The position numbers were made by a program, and so were the translations under genes. The notes under the pieces were generated by a model. It saw only the letters and a program-made list of their open reading frames with translations, was not told the DNA's origin and searched no databases. A stretch of 64,000 nucleotides of DNA from contig CAVQBK010000001.1 of NCBI GenBank assembly GCA_963710755.1, forward strand, positions 128,001 to 192,000. The letters are read 5' to 3'. Positions within the stretch are counted from its first letter, which is position 1. Every line of letters begins with the position of its first letter. The stretch is from an uncultured bacterium (GTDB taxonomy: Bacteria; Oederibacteriota; JAAXVQ01; JAUVAV01). Of this stretch, positions 23,401 to 31,915 are shown in pieces.

Positions 23401-26400
23401 TATTGGTTGGTTTGTTTTTTTTCTATTGCATTTTATCCAAATGTTGGACTTGGAAACCAAGCCCAATCTTGGATTGTCCCTGCACTCGGATAGAGCGCCG
23501 CCGGCCACGGTCCTTATTCCTGCTTTGGTTATAACAATTCTAGGCATTACTTTTCAAATGTTACCTCTATCGCCACTTGGATTGGGTATACACTTTTTCA
23601 TGAATATCATTTCGCCTTATTTGGCTGAACATATATGGCTGCCTTTGAGAAATTTGGCCTTTCATTTTTTTATACAAAAAACAAACAAAGCCGCAGGCCC
23701 TAGCAGAGGGAGCAAATACTATCGTTTGGTGCTCGTTGCCTCTATCGTAGCTTACCTATTTTGGTTGGGAGGGCTTCTCGATCTAATTGTAGGGTGTTAT
23801 TTGGTTTATCATTTTATGTCGCCGGAAATCCTTACCAGGGCAAAAGCAGCCGGTACGCCACATGATCGGGTATTTGCCTTGAGGAAATTCGAACTGTCGG
23901 AAAAAGCAGAAAACAGTGTGAATTTAATTGCTGCGGATTCAGAAGGAAACATTGCCATCGCCCCCAGAGTGGCTACGTTTTCTCCTTACCGGCAATATGT
24001 GATTTTGGCTCAAATTTTAATGGGTCCCAAATTTTATTTATCCACCTTTTTAGGGAGATTTCTTACACCATTAGTTGGTGTGTATTTACTGGTACAAAAT
24101 AAATTGTATCATTATCAAATGATGGAGTTTGCTCAAAAAATTGAAGATACAGGTCTTTTGCATGCCCTTATATTGATTGATAATCAGAGAACCATGAACC
24201 GATTTGTGCGAATGGCCAAGCAAGATCGATTTGGATTATCTCGGTTAGATCTCAATGCCGATAGTGCCAAGGAGTTGTTGGCCCGCTTCGCTGATTTTTT
24301 AGAAGAACATAAAGATGACAAAAACGGGGATGCATTGTTGGAAAAGACCAGGGCGCTTGCATCGGCTTTTACTAAAGCCATGGATGTCCTGTTGGTAGAA
24401 AACACCTATCACTACCCAATGACTTATGCTAACGATTTAAAGATTGTGGCGGACGAAACATTGTCGGATGCATTGGCTCCCGCTGAAACTGTTTCCGAGC
24501 CTTTACTCCATCAACTTCTTGGTCGATATGAAAATGCCAAAGGACGATATTTCATATTCAGAAATAAAGAACAGGCTATTGCAGCTTTTGACAACCAAAG
24601 ACGGCAAGGAAACCGCTTTCAACATCAAAGGAAACTGATTGAAACTTATTTTACTGGTTTGCAATTGTTCGCTCAGAAACCTAGAAAGCTGAATCGTGAA
24701 TACATCAAAAGGATGTTTGAGATAGTTGGAACAATGGTTCGGGAAACGAGTGGTATTTACGAAAATATGCGCATGTTGGGAGAAGATCCGGGTAATAGAA
24801 TAAAATTAATGACAGACAAATTAGATTATTTCGAGAAAAGAATAAGCCGTATTCCGGATGAAGAATTGAACAACGCTTCAACTTTTGAATTCATCTTTGG
24901 TAAAAAAAGATGGATTACTTTTAACGATATCCAAACCTTGGCTCAGTATATGGATTTTTTACAAGCCAATGGGGTTTTGCTGCTTAAGGGTTCTCTGGAG
25001 AAGGTGGCTCAACCGCCCTTGCAACTGCGCTTGGAAGGCAAAAGAGTGAGAATGATAGACATTGATGAAGGTCCGATGTTTGATAAAGGCGGTGTCCACA
25101 GCAAGGTGTTAAGGCGTTTTTTTTATGGGTGGGATATCCCGGTCAATGCTATTGATATTCAACCTACTGTTATTTTGTATAGAGATATGATCATTGCTGA
25201 TCTTAACAGGGAAAGACATCAATTTGGAGATGATGCTTATCAAACCGGCCATTGGATAGACATACAATGCAAATTGAAGGCTCCTTCGGAAGGAGGGTTA
25301 ATTAACATCCGCTATTTGGAGCAAAATGCCAGCCGGTCAATCGCGATTCAGAAGGTACTAAGAGCATTAGGATTTTCCACACAATATGAACATAAATTAC
25401 TGACGGCCCAATTTAACAGTATTACCGGGGCCAGGAGTATAAGTGATATCGAAAACGTCCTTCCTGTGGTTGTTAAGTTGTTGTTGTCGACATGGGACAA
25501 CGATGAGTTTATAGATAACGAAAAGCGCGCTCATTTGGTGGCCGATAATTACTTGGCGACCCGTCAAATCATACGCTATAGCCGGTGGCCTTTATTAAAA
25601 ATTGATGAAAGAATAAGACAACTTATTAATGCGCGTATGAGACAGCTAGGGTTGAAGACAAGATACCCAGAAGAGATCTTGTCTCAAGGTAATTTAGACC
25701 AATATGTGAACGAACCAATCGAACATGCATTAGAAAGGGATGAATTGGAATGGGACGCTCGTAGGTCACGATTGGTTCTTAATCCGGATTACAAACCGAT
25801 GGAACGCTTGCTGAAAGATTTAAATGAGCCCGTGGAAGCTAAAGAATTATTAAAAGCGGCGGAAATTATATTGCCTCTTTATGAAAATGTCCGTTGGGAT
25901 GCCATTGGCGCAGTCGGGAAATATTTAATGGAAGTCGGTGTTTTTCGGGATGAAAATGGCATTGCTTTTGTTATGACCATCCTAAAGGACATTCGGACCA
26001 ATGATATTGCTTTTGCAAGGGTTTCATCAAAAAAATATCCGGGTGTAAAAGTCGGTGCAGATGAATTGCGTGAGATGGTTAGTTACAAAATTGGTCATCA
26101 ACTCAAGCCGATTGAGGATATCCCTGATGAAGAAGTGGACAATTATTTGTCGATGCTGAGAAAGCCATGGAGAGACAGCTATGGCGGGAATGCTACGGTC
26201 TATCCCGGAAAAATTATCAGTTACGGACCCCGAAAAACATTGCTCGAGGCATTACGAGTAACTTTTAACCCTGAAAATAGTCAGGGAAAACTCTATATTA
26301 CAGAAAATCTTTCTCCTGATAATGTGACGTTTATGCCGGGCTTGGGGGGCGTTTTGCAAGAAGGGACATCTTTACTTTCCCATACGGCCGTTTTACTTCG

Positions 26401-29400
26401 GGAGTTTAAAATACCATGCTTAAACTTGATGAACATGGACATCATCTTGAAACCGGATGGGACAAAATGTGCACGCTTGGAAAGTTACGAACCAACGGAC
26501 ATTCATGTAACTGCGGAAGGATACCAGGTAGCCCGGAGAATAATCGAACGTTCTTATAATTTGGAGGAAGGGCAATTTGTAATATTTAATCAAATGGCTG
26601 GAGAGATAAGCTTAGCGCAAGATTTCAAAGATTTATTGCGCTTACTGAGAGACAAGAAGAGGAGACGAGAAGAGGGGAGAAAATTAGCCAAAGAAAAGAA
26701 GAAAATTATTCATGAATACCAAAAGAAAAAGCTGGCCGATGACACAAGATATTTTGTGCGAATTGGTGATATGAAAAATAATGAAATTGATGCCACGGGT
26801 ACGAAAGCAAGAGAAATAGATCGCCTGCAGCATGACGCAAACGAATTAGACTATCAAATCCCTCCGGGAATAATTGTTACGGCGAAATTCTATGAAGACC
26901 TCATCAGTAAACACGGTTTGAGAAAACCATTAATGGAGCTCCTGAATAATACAAGACTTTCTCCAGAAGAAGTAGCACGACAATTTAAGCAAATATTGCT
27001 GGCGGTAATGCACCAAAAAAGTCCGTGGTTATTGGAACAGGAAGAAAGCCTTGAAAAGGCACTAAAAGCTGTCGGTGGTAATGAGCAGTGGTGGGCCGTA
27101 CGTTCGGCAGGAATAGAAGAAGACCAATTAGACCATTCCTTTGCGGGGCTCGGATTAACGGACTTATACGTTCACAGTGACCATATCATGGAACACCTCA
27201 TATTGAATGTGGCGGCTTTGGCCGAACCAAGTGCCATGAAATACCGGCAGGAAAACGGGCTACAAATTAGAAGGATATTACATTCAGCGATTGTGGAAAA
27301 AATGCAACCAGGGCAGGTCTCGGGGGTCACCTTTAGCAAAGATCCGGTAACAGGCGACAACACGCATTATGTGATTACGGCCGCCTTTGGATTGAACGAG
27401 GGGATATTAAAAGGTCATGTAGCAACACCAGATGAATATTTGGTACGTGCAGACAACAATCACGAACAAGGGAAAACCATTGGCGACAAAAAATTTAAAG
27501 TAGTGCCTGATTTAGATCATCAGAATGTAAAGGTTGTAGTCAATGAAGACAATCCGCGCGAACGAGCATTGTCACGTGAACAAGTTAGTCGCTTGGCCCA
27601 TCTGGCTTCGGTGTTGAAAAACCGGTATGGCCATTGTGATTTTGAATGGACAATCTCCGATGGTCAATTGTATTTGTTCCAGAGAAGACCGATCACTACC
27701 GGTCAGACCAAAGAGGGGGATGTAGAATATCTGACAAAAACAAATGACTTTCAGAAAAAATATTTTAAAAAGAATGTATTTGAAGTGTTGTTTCGTCAAG
27801 AAGGAAATGCTAGAGAAATGATCGCGATATTGTTAAAACTGATCCCTTCACTTGGCGTGCTAACGGGATTGTTCTTTTGGAATGTCGGATATACGATCTT
27901 GGGCATAGGGGTTATAACGATTGGAATGCTCATAATTATTATGGGAAAAATATTGCTAACCCATGACTACGCCCGCAACGGTAATGACGAGAAGGGTATA
28001 AGTGCAGACGCTAAATCGGGTTTGCCCAACTGGTTCGACGTAATAAAATTCCTGATTGCAACAGCTATTGTTTTAATTTTGCTGAGTTTTTCGCCATGTG
28101 CTTTTGGAATGATGGAGGGTATTACCCAAACAGGCAGTGTGGTGGTGGTTGGCATTGTTGCGACGATAGGATCATTAACCATTTTAGCCCGGAATTTTAA
28201 GCCTATTATTTTTGACGATAAAGGTCACCGCCATGGTGTTTTTGATGGCTCCAAAAACGAGAGTAGGGACTCACAGAGAGCGAAAAAAGCGATAGAAACA
28301 TATTCCTCCGAGGATTTGATAAAAAGTAATCAAGCCGTTGATTTTAAAAACTACCAAAAAGATGGCAGTAACCTTTCGTTGGGTGCTTTGGTCAATCAAT
28401 TGCTCGATTTTTCTGCGACCACCGAAGATGGGGGCAATGGGTTTGTTCGCTGGAATCCCGCTAAAGCGATGTTCAAAAAACTGGGCGATCGGTTTGTTTT
28501 GAAATTCATTCCCGGACGGGCCAAGGAAAGCAATCGCCGCGCTGCCGGCCAAAGTGCTGTTTTAAATGGTCAAAGAGGGTCGTTTTTATTAAAAATAACG
28601 CCTCCATTAATCATTGGCGGTATTGGTATGTTTTTTATATTAAACGTATCACCTTGGTTTGGGATTGCCTTTATGTCAGCCTGGGGGTTGGCTTATTTTA
28701 TTTATAAAAAATTGGGTGATAAGCCTGTGAAATCGACCGTAGAGTGGCTAGAAGATTTAAACAGATCCCAACGCCAAAAGCCTTTCTGGACATGGCCTAA
28801 ATTATTGCTTGCCGTGGCGATAATAGCAGCCGTGGCAGCCTATTTTAATCAGGATATTATATCCTTATACCACTTTTTATTTTTTAATATCGCTAGTGTT
28901 TTTGAGGTAAACCGTTTTTCCAAGACCGGTCAAGCAGCTGCCACCAGCACAGCTTCAACTAAAGATCTAACGCAGCAGGTGGCGCCGACCAGTCCTTCAG
29001 AAGAGGTCCAGCTTGATGCCGTAATTCGAGCTCAGGGATTTAATCATCAAATATTAGGTGCCTTGTCAGAGCAGTCAAACACGCCCTGGCAGCAGATCTG
29101 GCTCAATCTAACGCAATACCTCACCAGCCGCTGGATGATGAGTATTAGGGGGCAAGAAGATAAATTACAGGGACCAATTCAGGAAAAGGACCAGCAACTT
29201 ATTTTGAATTTGTTTATAAAGCATTATATCCATTCCGTACCGCAACTGTTTGGCCTTTTAGGGAAAAACGTCAAAATAGCCATGGCCAAAACCACGGAGA
29301 CGAACAATGAAGGGATGCTCCACTTTGATGCGGCCACTAAAACTTATAGTTTAAAACTGCCGGCTTATTGCTTCAACAATCAGGGAAGATTAAGCAAATC

Positions 29401-29788
29401 AGGTCAGTGGCTGCTGGGCATGACCATGTCTCAAATCCGTATGGACGAACAGAAGCAAGTCGACGTGAATTATAATAGGGAAGAACTCCTCGTTGCTCAA
29501 CTGCAGCGACTCGTACTTGACCATCAGAGCCTGAAAGATGCTTGGTTAAGCCATTTAGACCAGGGAAAAGAAAATAGTCCTAATGGGTTAATGGTCGTCA
29601 TTAAGTCCGAGGTTTACAAACATGATCTCACTCAATTGCAGCGTGAAATTAAAATAATTGCTCAACAAGCTAAAAAAGATAGTCTTTTACAAAATGAGTT
29701 AAACGCTCTTCTCAAGTCCATTGCAAATGGGGATAGGCATCGCCAACGTCAAAGGCATATGATGAAGTATGTTAATCAGGCGGTATAA
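17408..29788 (+). CDS. Giant 4126-aa membrane protein with two PEP-utiliser (phospho-His) + PPDK_N (ATP-grasp) modules
   Basis: Uninterrupted 12.4-kb ORF; N-terminal signal-like segment; LLSHVSVLVREFGVP and LLSHTAVLLREFKIP; twice WAVRSAG..ED, (Q/E)KMQPG.VSGV.F..DP, GLNEGI..G....PDEY, DFEWTI..G.LYLFQRRPITT; hydrophobic helix clusters. Confidence 0.9.
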   Translation: MMALYQQPVFQRRKSMIFQIKACALITIASFLLPIVSWAFEPATYGINQPALIHFNHLAKPLAIPENLGNVRESFQGSDKVIVSIEDLHCNYEVQKNIAGLISYLAKTQHLKLVGEEGAFHRVDTSVITSFPVDRIREKVSDYFVRQGKMTGAEYVAAVNHTPIILEGIESPQLYLASEKVVHTFLNAESQGYIYDLRALLEQLKKTVYSKALMEFDRKRQAYRTGHLTLLHYAAFLGKTALHHGLTPADYPALDQYLQGHEGGFSSDQLIQEMDDLDAKLRGFLYQDPKERQMDEAWQRVDLMEKLLNISATQKELAAFRQERSAFTVSSMAAALASLQQSQSEHRVLSMDPELYQLDNYLKQAETFYHLADRRSKAFVDKLLAKMEDHHQNLAVMINGGFHAQEVLKDLKKRGVSYIAIRPRLTHPDVLNPYFELLQGRQTPLEKLLAKHQKIMALRSGFEEITFKGLLLVALKPFGLLLRKRRMPLILSGNLERALETFQRKNETLFKLASEFTPQEYMKYHLPSGIIAYHTEINQTKSILLIVPTRKVDQSKLQLQRVLEYEIYSDFTFIHLNNFNRDLNDDESLDAQMRKTVNTVIAKSTNTGLDFYQIIKNAFKSINNRPLSWRHFVFPASGIDLKGLYTPFAGFDINKVMTSAMQISVRCSLYFGILAIAWMTVVDKNEFVKWMMSVGAVVLGSLTANLFGSGSVNLSTPSGLAQVIEETGILNICNYLDDKTSCSKFREMANNYNVPFLAGPDGDTILHGMVNYFHKLQTEGDIKKIRSALKEMKKISSDFFKQESVVIVTNNYYTNMETINGLSLIGDEPLMNVLNSEHQRKDVLLDKVYRSLREGRHRFIFWKKEEADQQSVEKRKEAQSVLDSHIRLIEANFQALPMMSQEQEKMTRARLELILRIVKTMVEESAAVYNSMRSPSFNPDRQINALRGKLEALTRAISDLPENQLDGKSAYNLIYDPTPWHNFADVHSLSQFINFVHQNSFDILKSSLDALHYHPLNLKVHGKKVRLIDVNPEIQFDAGGIHSKALGLFLNGFDVTVGFAINPIIIIYKDMVIADLNLEQARFVNDATDSGHSIDVQCKLAPPDEGGMIKVRHVEHNRSRALMIQTIMKALGAQSDYNPTRLNHVLTIRLDKDHGARSAFHIEKNLTLIVKVLMSIWDNDLLLDDDRKAVAAAERFLTTHQIGHFETWKPIILNEEQREKINNRLKHLRLEGTVTAGRLTQPILEKYVNGPIQHALARGELEWNKNETRLKRNPNYRPIDRLVKDINKRASAKEMIQSAEAILPILDNVNWEPVGSVGQYIAEIGTFYDSKGKAYVATILRDYQYNDIAFARVTLKTTPGKRMSSSTVRRLIGSKIGHELKPIEAIADEELNNSLALLTIPWKKTEVPGLTMFQGRTMGANKTGQNRLILPVTFRAEDSAGKLYIAQSLKPEDVTFIPHLGGIIQEGTALLSHVSVLVREFGVPSINLPNMNILTTDEGKKICYLENFEPLRQVPTRDGYWISRTIRKHIHVLTEGQRVMIDAGSGALVVSEKTSGNTDLLKLAYGTRSKKYSRPVRRQGGKGVKINNPIVPKTSTIRRLGNEMSTYVRIGELESKDYPAVGPKAEQLDQLAKNAETMPYEVPGGIVVTAKFYQDLLEKNGIEEKLTRLLNEQTMSPQEVAKQFDDVLQDLLENKTKWLEEQEKKISTFLKGIDPDERWWAVRSAGLIEDTKDFSFTGLGITDLYVHRDHVLEHVILNLRSLASPSAVAYLRENGLSLKGLFHSVIVQKMQPGDVSGVAFTSDPVIPSDHVVINAAYGLNEGIVSGIVAQPDEYTVDENNYHEVGKKIGNKRLKVVPDPDNQNVQIMMVQEGARERALTRRQVALLARLAKKIKERYGDSDFEWTIDKGKLYLFQRRPITTKGNTNIKNGRSMTGGSWPWMRSLWLRAGLPGRLYDQWFAWLLENGISQIVGTPALGMALIIIDLITNSHLGGLSEATIGWFVFFLLHFIQMLDLETKPNLGLSLHSDRAPPATVLIPALVITILGITFQMLPLSPLGLGIHFFMNIISPYLAEHIWLPLRNLAFHFFIQKTNKAAGPSRGSKYYRLVLVASIVAYLFWLGGLLDLIVGCYLVYHFMSPEILTRAKAAGTPHDRVFALRKFELSEKAENSVNLIAADSEGNIAIAPRVATFSPYRQYVILAQILMGPKFYLSTFLGRFLTPLVGVYLLVQNKLYHYQMMEFAQKIEDTGLLHALILIDNQRTMNRFVRMAKQDRFGLSRLDLNADSAKELLARFADFLEEHKDDKNGDALLEKTRALASAFTKAMDVLLVENTYHYPMTYANDLKIVADETLSDALAPAETVSEPLLHQLLGRYENAKGRYFIFRNKEQAIAAFDNQRRQGNRFQHQRKLIETYFTGLQLFAQKPRKLNREYIKRMFEIVGTMVRETSGIYENMRMLGEDPGNRIKLMTDKLDYFEKRISRIPDEELNNASTFEFIFGKKRWITFNDIQTLAQYMDFLQANGVLLLKGSLEKVAQPPLQLRLEGKRVRMIDIDEGPMFDKGGVHSKVLRRFFYGWDIPVNAIDIQPTVILYRDMIIADLNRERHQFGDDAYQTGHWIDIQCKLKAPSEGGLINIRYLEQNASRSIAIQKVLRALGFSTQYEHKLLTAQFNSITGARSISDIENVLPVVVKLLLSTWDNDEFIDNEKRAHLVADNYLATRQIIRYSRWPLLKIDERIRQLINARMRQLGLKTRYPEEILSQGNLDQYVNEPIEHALERDELEWDARRSRLVLNPDYKPMERLLKDLNEPVEAKELLKAAEIILPLYENVRWDAIGAVGKYLMEVGVFRDENGIAFVMTILKDIRTNDIAFARVSSKKYPGVKVGADELREMVSYKIGHQLKPIEDIPDEEVDNYLSMLRKPWRDSYGGNATVYPGKIISYGPRKTLLEALRVTFNPENSQGKLYITENLSPDNVTFMPGLGGVLQEGTSLLSHTAVLLREFKIPCLNLMNMDIILKPDGTKCARLESYEPTDIHVTAEGYQVARRIIERSYNLEEGQFVIFNQMAGEISLAQDFKDLLRLLRDKKRRREEGRKLAKEKKKIIHEYQKKKLADDTRYFVRIGDMKNNEIDATGTKAREIDRLQHDANELDYQIPPGIIVTAKFYEDLISKHGLRKPLMELLNNTRLSPEEVARQFKQILLAVMHQKSPWLLEQEESLEKALKAVGGNEQWWAVRSAGIEEDQLDHSFAGLGLTDLYVHSDHIMEHLILNVAALAEPSAMKYRQENGLQIRRILHSAIVEKMQPGQVSGVTFSKDPVTGDNTHYVITAAFGLNEGILKGHVATPDEYLVRADNNHEQGKTIGDKKFKVVPDLDHQNVKVVVNEDNPRERALSREQVSRLAHLASVLKNRYGHCDFEWTISDGQLYLFQRRPITTGQTKEGDVEYLTKTNDFQKKYFKKNVFEVLFRQEGNAREMIAILLKLIPSLGVLTGLFFWNVGYTILGIGVITIGMLIIIMGKILLTHDYARNGNDEKGISADAKSGLPNWFDVIKFLIATAIVLILLSFSPCAFGMMEGITQTGSVVVVGIVATIGSLTILARNFKPIIFDDKGHRHGVFDGSKNESRDSQRAKKAIETYSSEDLIKSNQAVDFKNYQKDGSNLSLGALVNQLLDFSATTEDGGNGFVRWNPAKAMFKKLGDRFVLKFIPGRAKESNRRAAGQSAVLNGQRGSFLLKITPPLIIGGIGMFFILNVSPWFGIAFMSAWGLAYFIYKKLGDKPVKSTVEWLEDLNRSQRQKPFWTWPKLLLAVAIIAAVAAYFNQDIISLYHFLFFNIASVFEVNRFSKTGQAAATSTASTKDLTQQVAPTSPSEEVQLDAVIRAQGFNHQILGALSEQSNTPWQQIWLNLTQYLTSRWMMSIRGQEDKLQGPIQEKDQQLILNLFIKHYIHSVPQLFGLLGKNVKIAMAKTTETNNEGMLHFDAATKTYSLKLPAYCFNNQGRLSKSGQWLLGMTMSQIRMDEQKQVDVNYNREELLVAQLQRLVLDHQSLKDAWLSHLDQGKENSPNGLMVVIKSEVYKHDLTQLQREIKIIAQQAKKDSLLQNELNALLKSIANGDRHRQRQRHMMKYVNQAV
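19565..23170 (+). repeat. Giant-protein internal repeat unit 1 (~1200 aa dikinase-like module)
   Basis: LAQVIEETG ... LFQRRPITT, collinear with unit 2. Confidence 0.85.
24128..27700 (+). repeat. Giant-protein internal repeat unit 2 (~1190 aa dikinase-like module)
   Basis: FAQKIEDTG ... LFQRRPITT; shares blocks such as GH.ID.QCKL, WDND, YVN.PI.HAL.R.ELEW, NDIAFARV. Confidence 0.85.
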
Positions 29789-30010
29789 ACAATGCTGGCT
29801 CTGAACTTCTATGTCAGCGCTGGTCCAAATCAATTTTCAAAAGAAAATAATGGTTTGAAATCATTGGAAATGGATAAATTAGAGTGGAAAACTGTACTCT
29901 GACTTTACCTACCTTCTGCGAACCCAGAAAACATACCTTACTTTAATCAATTATTCAAAACCACTTGATGCATAATAAAATAGGCAATACTGTAAGTTAA
30001 ATTAAACTAT

Positions 30011-30100
30011 TTTTTCACATATTATCCTAGTGGTTTTCAACAGCTTATTAACATTGTTTATAAATATGGATCTAAATATTTTTAATACAATATATAGTAC
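30011..30100. promoter_or_regulatory. Cluster of DnaA-box-like 9-mers plus an NrdR-box-like palindrome
   Basis: TTTTTCACA (30011), TTTTCAACA (30034), TTATTAACA (30045), TGTTTATAA (30055, reverse); ATACAATATATAGTAC (30085-30100); AT-rich background weakens significance. Confidence 0.3.
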
Positions 30101-30242
30101 TTACTCCAAATAATAGTTCATTATAAGGTGCTATCATAAAATCAATCAATAATCCCTATAAAATCATTAGTGCAAAAAAGTTGGTTAAAAAATTGCTATA
30201 TATATTAAACTGAAAGAAAAAAGACATACCAAGGAGTGGAGA

Positions 30243-31766
30243 ATGTCAACGGTTCTAGTCGTGGATGACGAACAGGGTATAAGGGAATCTTTAAACATCC
30301 TATTATCCAGCGATGGGCATGAAGTTGTACTCGTCGAGAATGGGAAATCAGCCCTCGACTATCTTAAGAATGAAACTGTGGACGTGGTATTGACAGATAT
30401 TCGTATGCCTGAAATGAATGGTCTTACTTTGCTAAAGACCATTCGCAAGGAATGGCAAGACCGCATTCCGGTCATCATCTTAACCGCCTATGGGGCCATT
30501 CCTTCTGCAGTGGATGCAGTGAAGGAAGGCGCGGCCGATTTTATTACCAAGCCTTTTGATATTGAACGTTTGAAAACAGCCGTGACTGAAGCAGTGGATT
30601 TGCGCAATCAAGCACTCAACCAAGCGTTTAAAGAAAATGACCAAGAAAACAAGTTTTTAAAAACCATGAACCAAAAACTAGACCGCGCTGTTTTCGAATT
30701 GGCTATCCTGCACGAGATCGGCAAAATCATCAATTCCACTCTTGAATTAAAAAAAATCGTCTCCATCATCTTGGAAATGACCCGGCAGGCAGTTAATGCA
30801 GACCGTGCCCGCCTGGTATTATTTAAACCGGATTCCAAGGACATTGAAATGGATCTTTCGTATACGGTTGATGAAAGCATTGCCCGCCGTTACTCTGTTT
30901 TGGATAATTATGCCATGGATTGGGTATTGAAAAAAGATGAAGCTTTATTGATCGAAGATATCACGCAATTGAGTTATTTCAAGACCTTGCCGGGATCCCA
31001 CAATGGTTTGCGCTCTTTCATGGTCGTGCCTTTTAAACGCAAAAATCATACCGTGGGGGCCATTCTTCTGGCTAAATTCACATGTAACGATAAATTTTAT
31101 CCTGAAGATTTTCGATTTGTCAAAACTCTGGCCAATCAGGTGGCCATTGCCATCGAGAATGCCCAACTGTACAACGAGCTACAGGTTCATTTCGGAGAAA
31201 CAATTCGTGCCCTGATTACAGCTATAGAAACCAAAGATGCCTATACCTATGGCCACTCTGACCGGGTCACAGAATACTCAACCATGATTGGCAATGCCTT
31301 GGGACTTGATTTTCTTGACATCCGAAGACTGGAATATTTGGCTCTGCTTCATGATGTGGGTAAGGTTGGCGTGGACGGTCAGATTTTAAGGAAAACCGGT
31401 AAACTTGACCATCAGGAATGGGAAGCGATCAAGGATCATCCTAAATTAGGCAGTATGATTATCAAGCCTATTAAATTTTTAGAAGACGACGGTGCGCGTA
31501 CCATCCGTCATCATCATGAATGGTATAATGGTCATGGTTATCCTGATGGCCTCAAAGGAGACGCGATTCCAATTTTTTCGAGAATCATTGCTATTGCCGA
31601 TGCGTTTGATGCGATGACCAGTATGCGTCCTTACCGCGGCAGTCTGGCTGTGGAAGAAGCATTGAAAGAATTGAAAAGGTGCGCAGGGGAACAGTTTGAC
31701 CCTTCGCTTGTGGACCTGTTTTGCAGTTCTTATGCCAACAAACCGGCATCAGAATCTAAAAAATAA
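30243..31766 (+). CDS. Response regulator with REC, GAF and HD-GYP (c-di-GMP phosphodiesterase) domains
   Basis: VLVVDDE...TDIRMP...KPF; GAF ending LANQVAIAIENAQLY; GHSDRV, LHDVGK, HHHEWYNGHGYPDGL, IADAFDAMTS.RPYR. Confidence 0.94.
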   Translation: MSTVLVVDDEQGIRESLNILLSSDGHEVVLVENGKSALDYLKNETVDVVLTDIRMPEMNGLTLLKTIRKEWQDRIPVIILTAYGAIPSAVDAVKEGAADFITKPFDIERLKTAVTEAVDLRNQALNQAFKENDQENKFLKTMNQKLDRAVFELAILHEIGKIINSTLELKKIVSIILEMTRQAVNADRARLVLFKPDSKDIEMDLSYTVDESIARRYSVLDNYAMDWVLKKDEALLIEDITQLSYFKTLPGSHNGLRSFMVVPFKRKNHTVGAILLAKFTCNDKFYPEDFRFVKTLANQVAIAIENAQLYNELQVHFGETIRALITAIETKDAYTYGHSDRVTEYSTMIGNALGLDFLDIRRLEYLALLHDVGKVGVDGQILRKTGKLDHQEWEAIKDHPKLGSMIIKPIKFLEDDGARTIRHHHEWYNGHGYPDGLKGDAIPIFSRIIAIADAFDAMTSMRPYRGSLAVEEALKELKRCAGEQFDPSLVDLFCSSYANKPASESKK

Positions 31767-31915
31767 CGTTGTCTGTAAAGGTTTTTATTGATCATTGGAA
31801 AGGATAGGAGAGGGATAATCATTGGCCGATTATTCCAGAAAGCACCATTGAAAATAGCATTTTTCTAAAAGGGCATTAGTTCAAATTCGGGTGACCAATA
31901 CGGGGGGGGACGACT

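Noticed and set aside
19565-27700. Calling the giant protein PEP synthase (ppsA) or rifampin phosphotransferase
   Set aside because: Domain order is reversed, no pyruvate-binding barrel is evident, and the modules are embedded in a membrane giant; a gene symbol would over-call.
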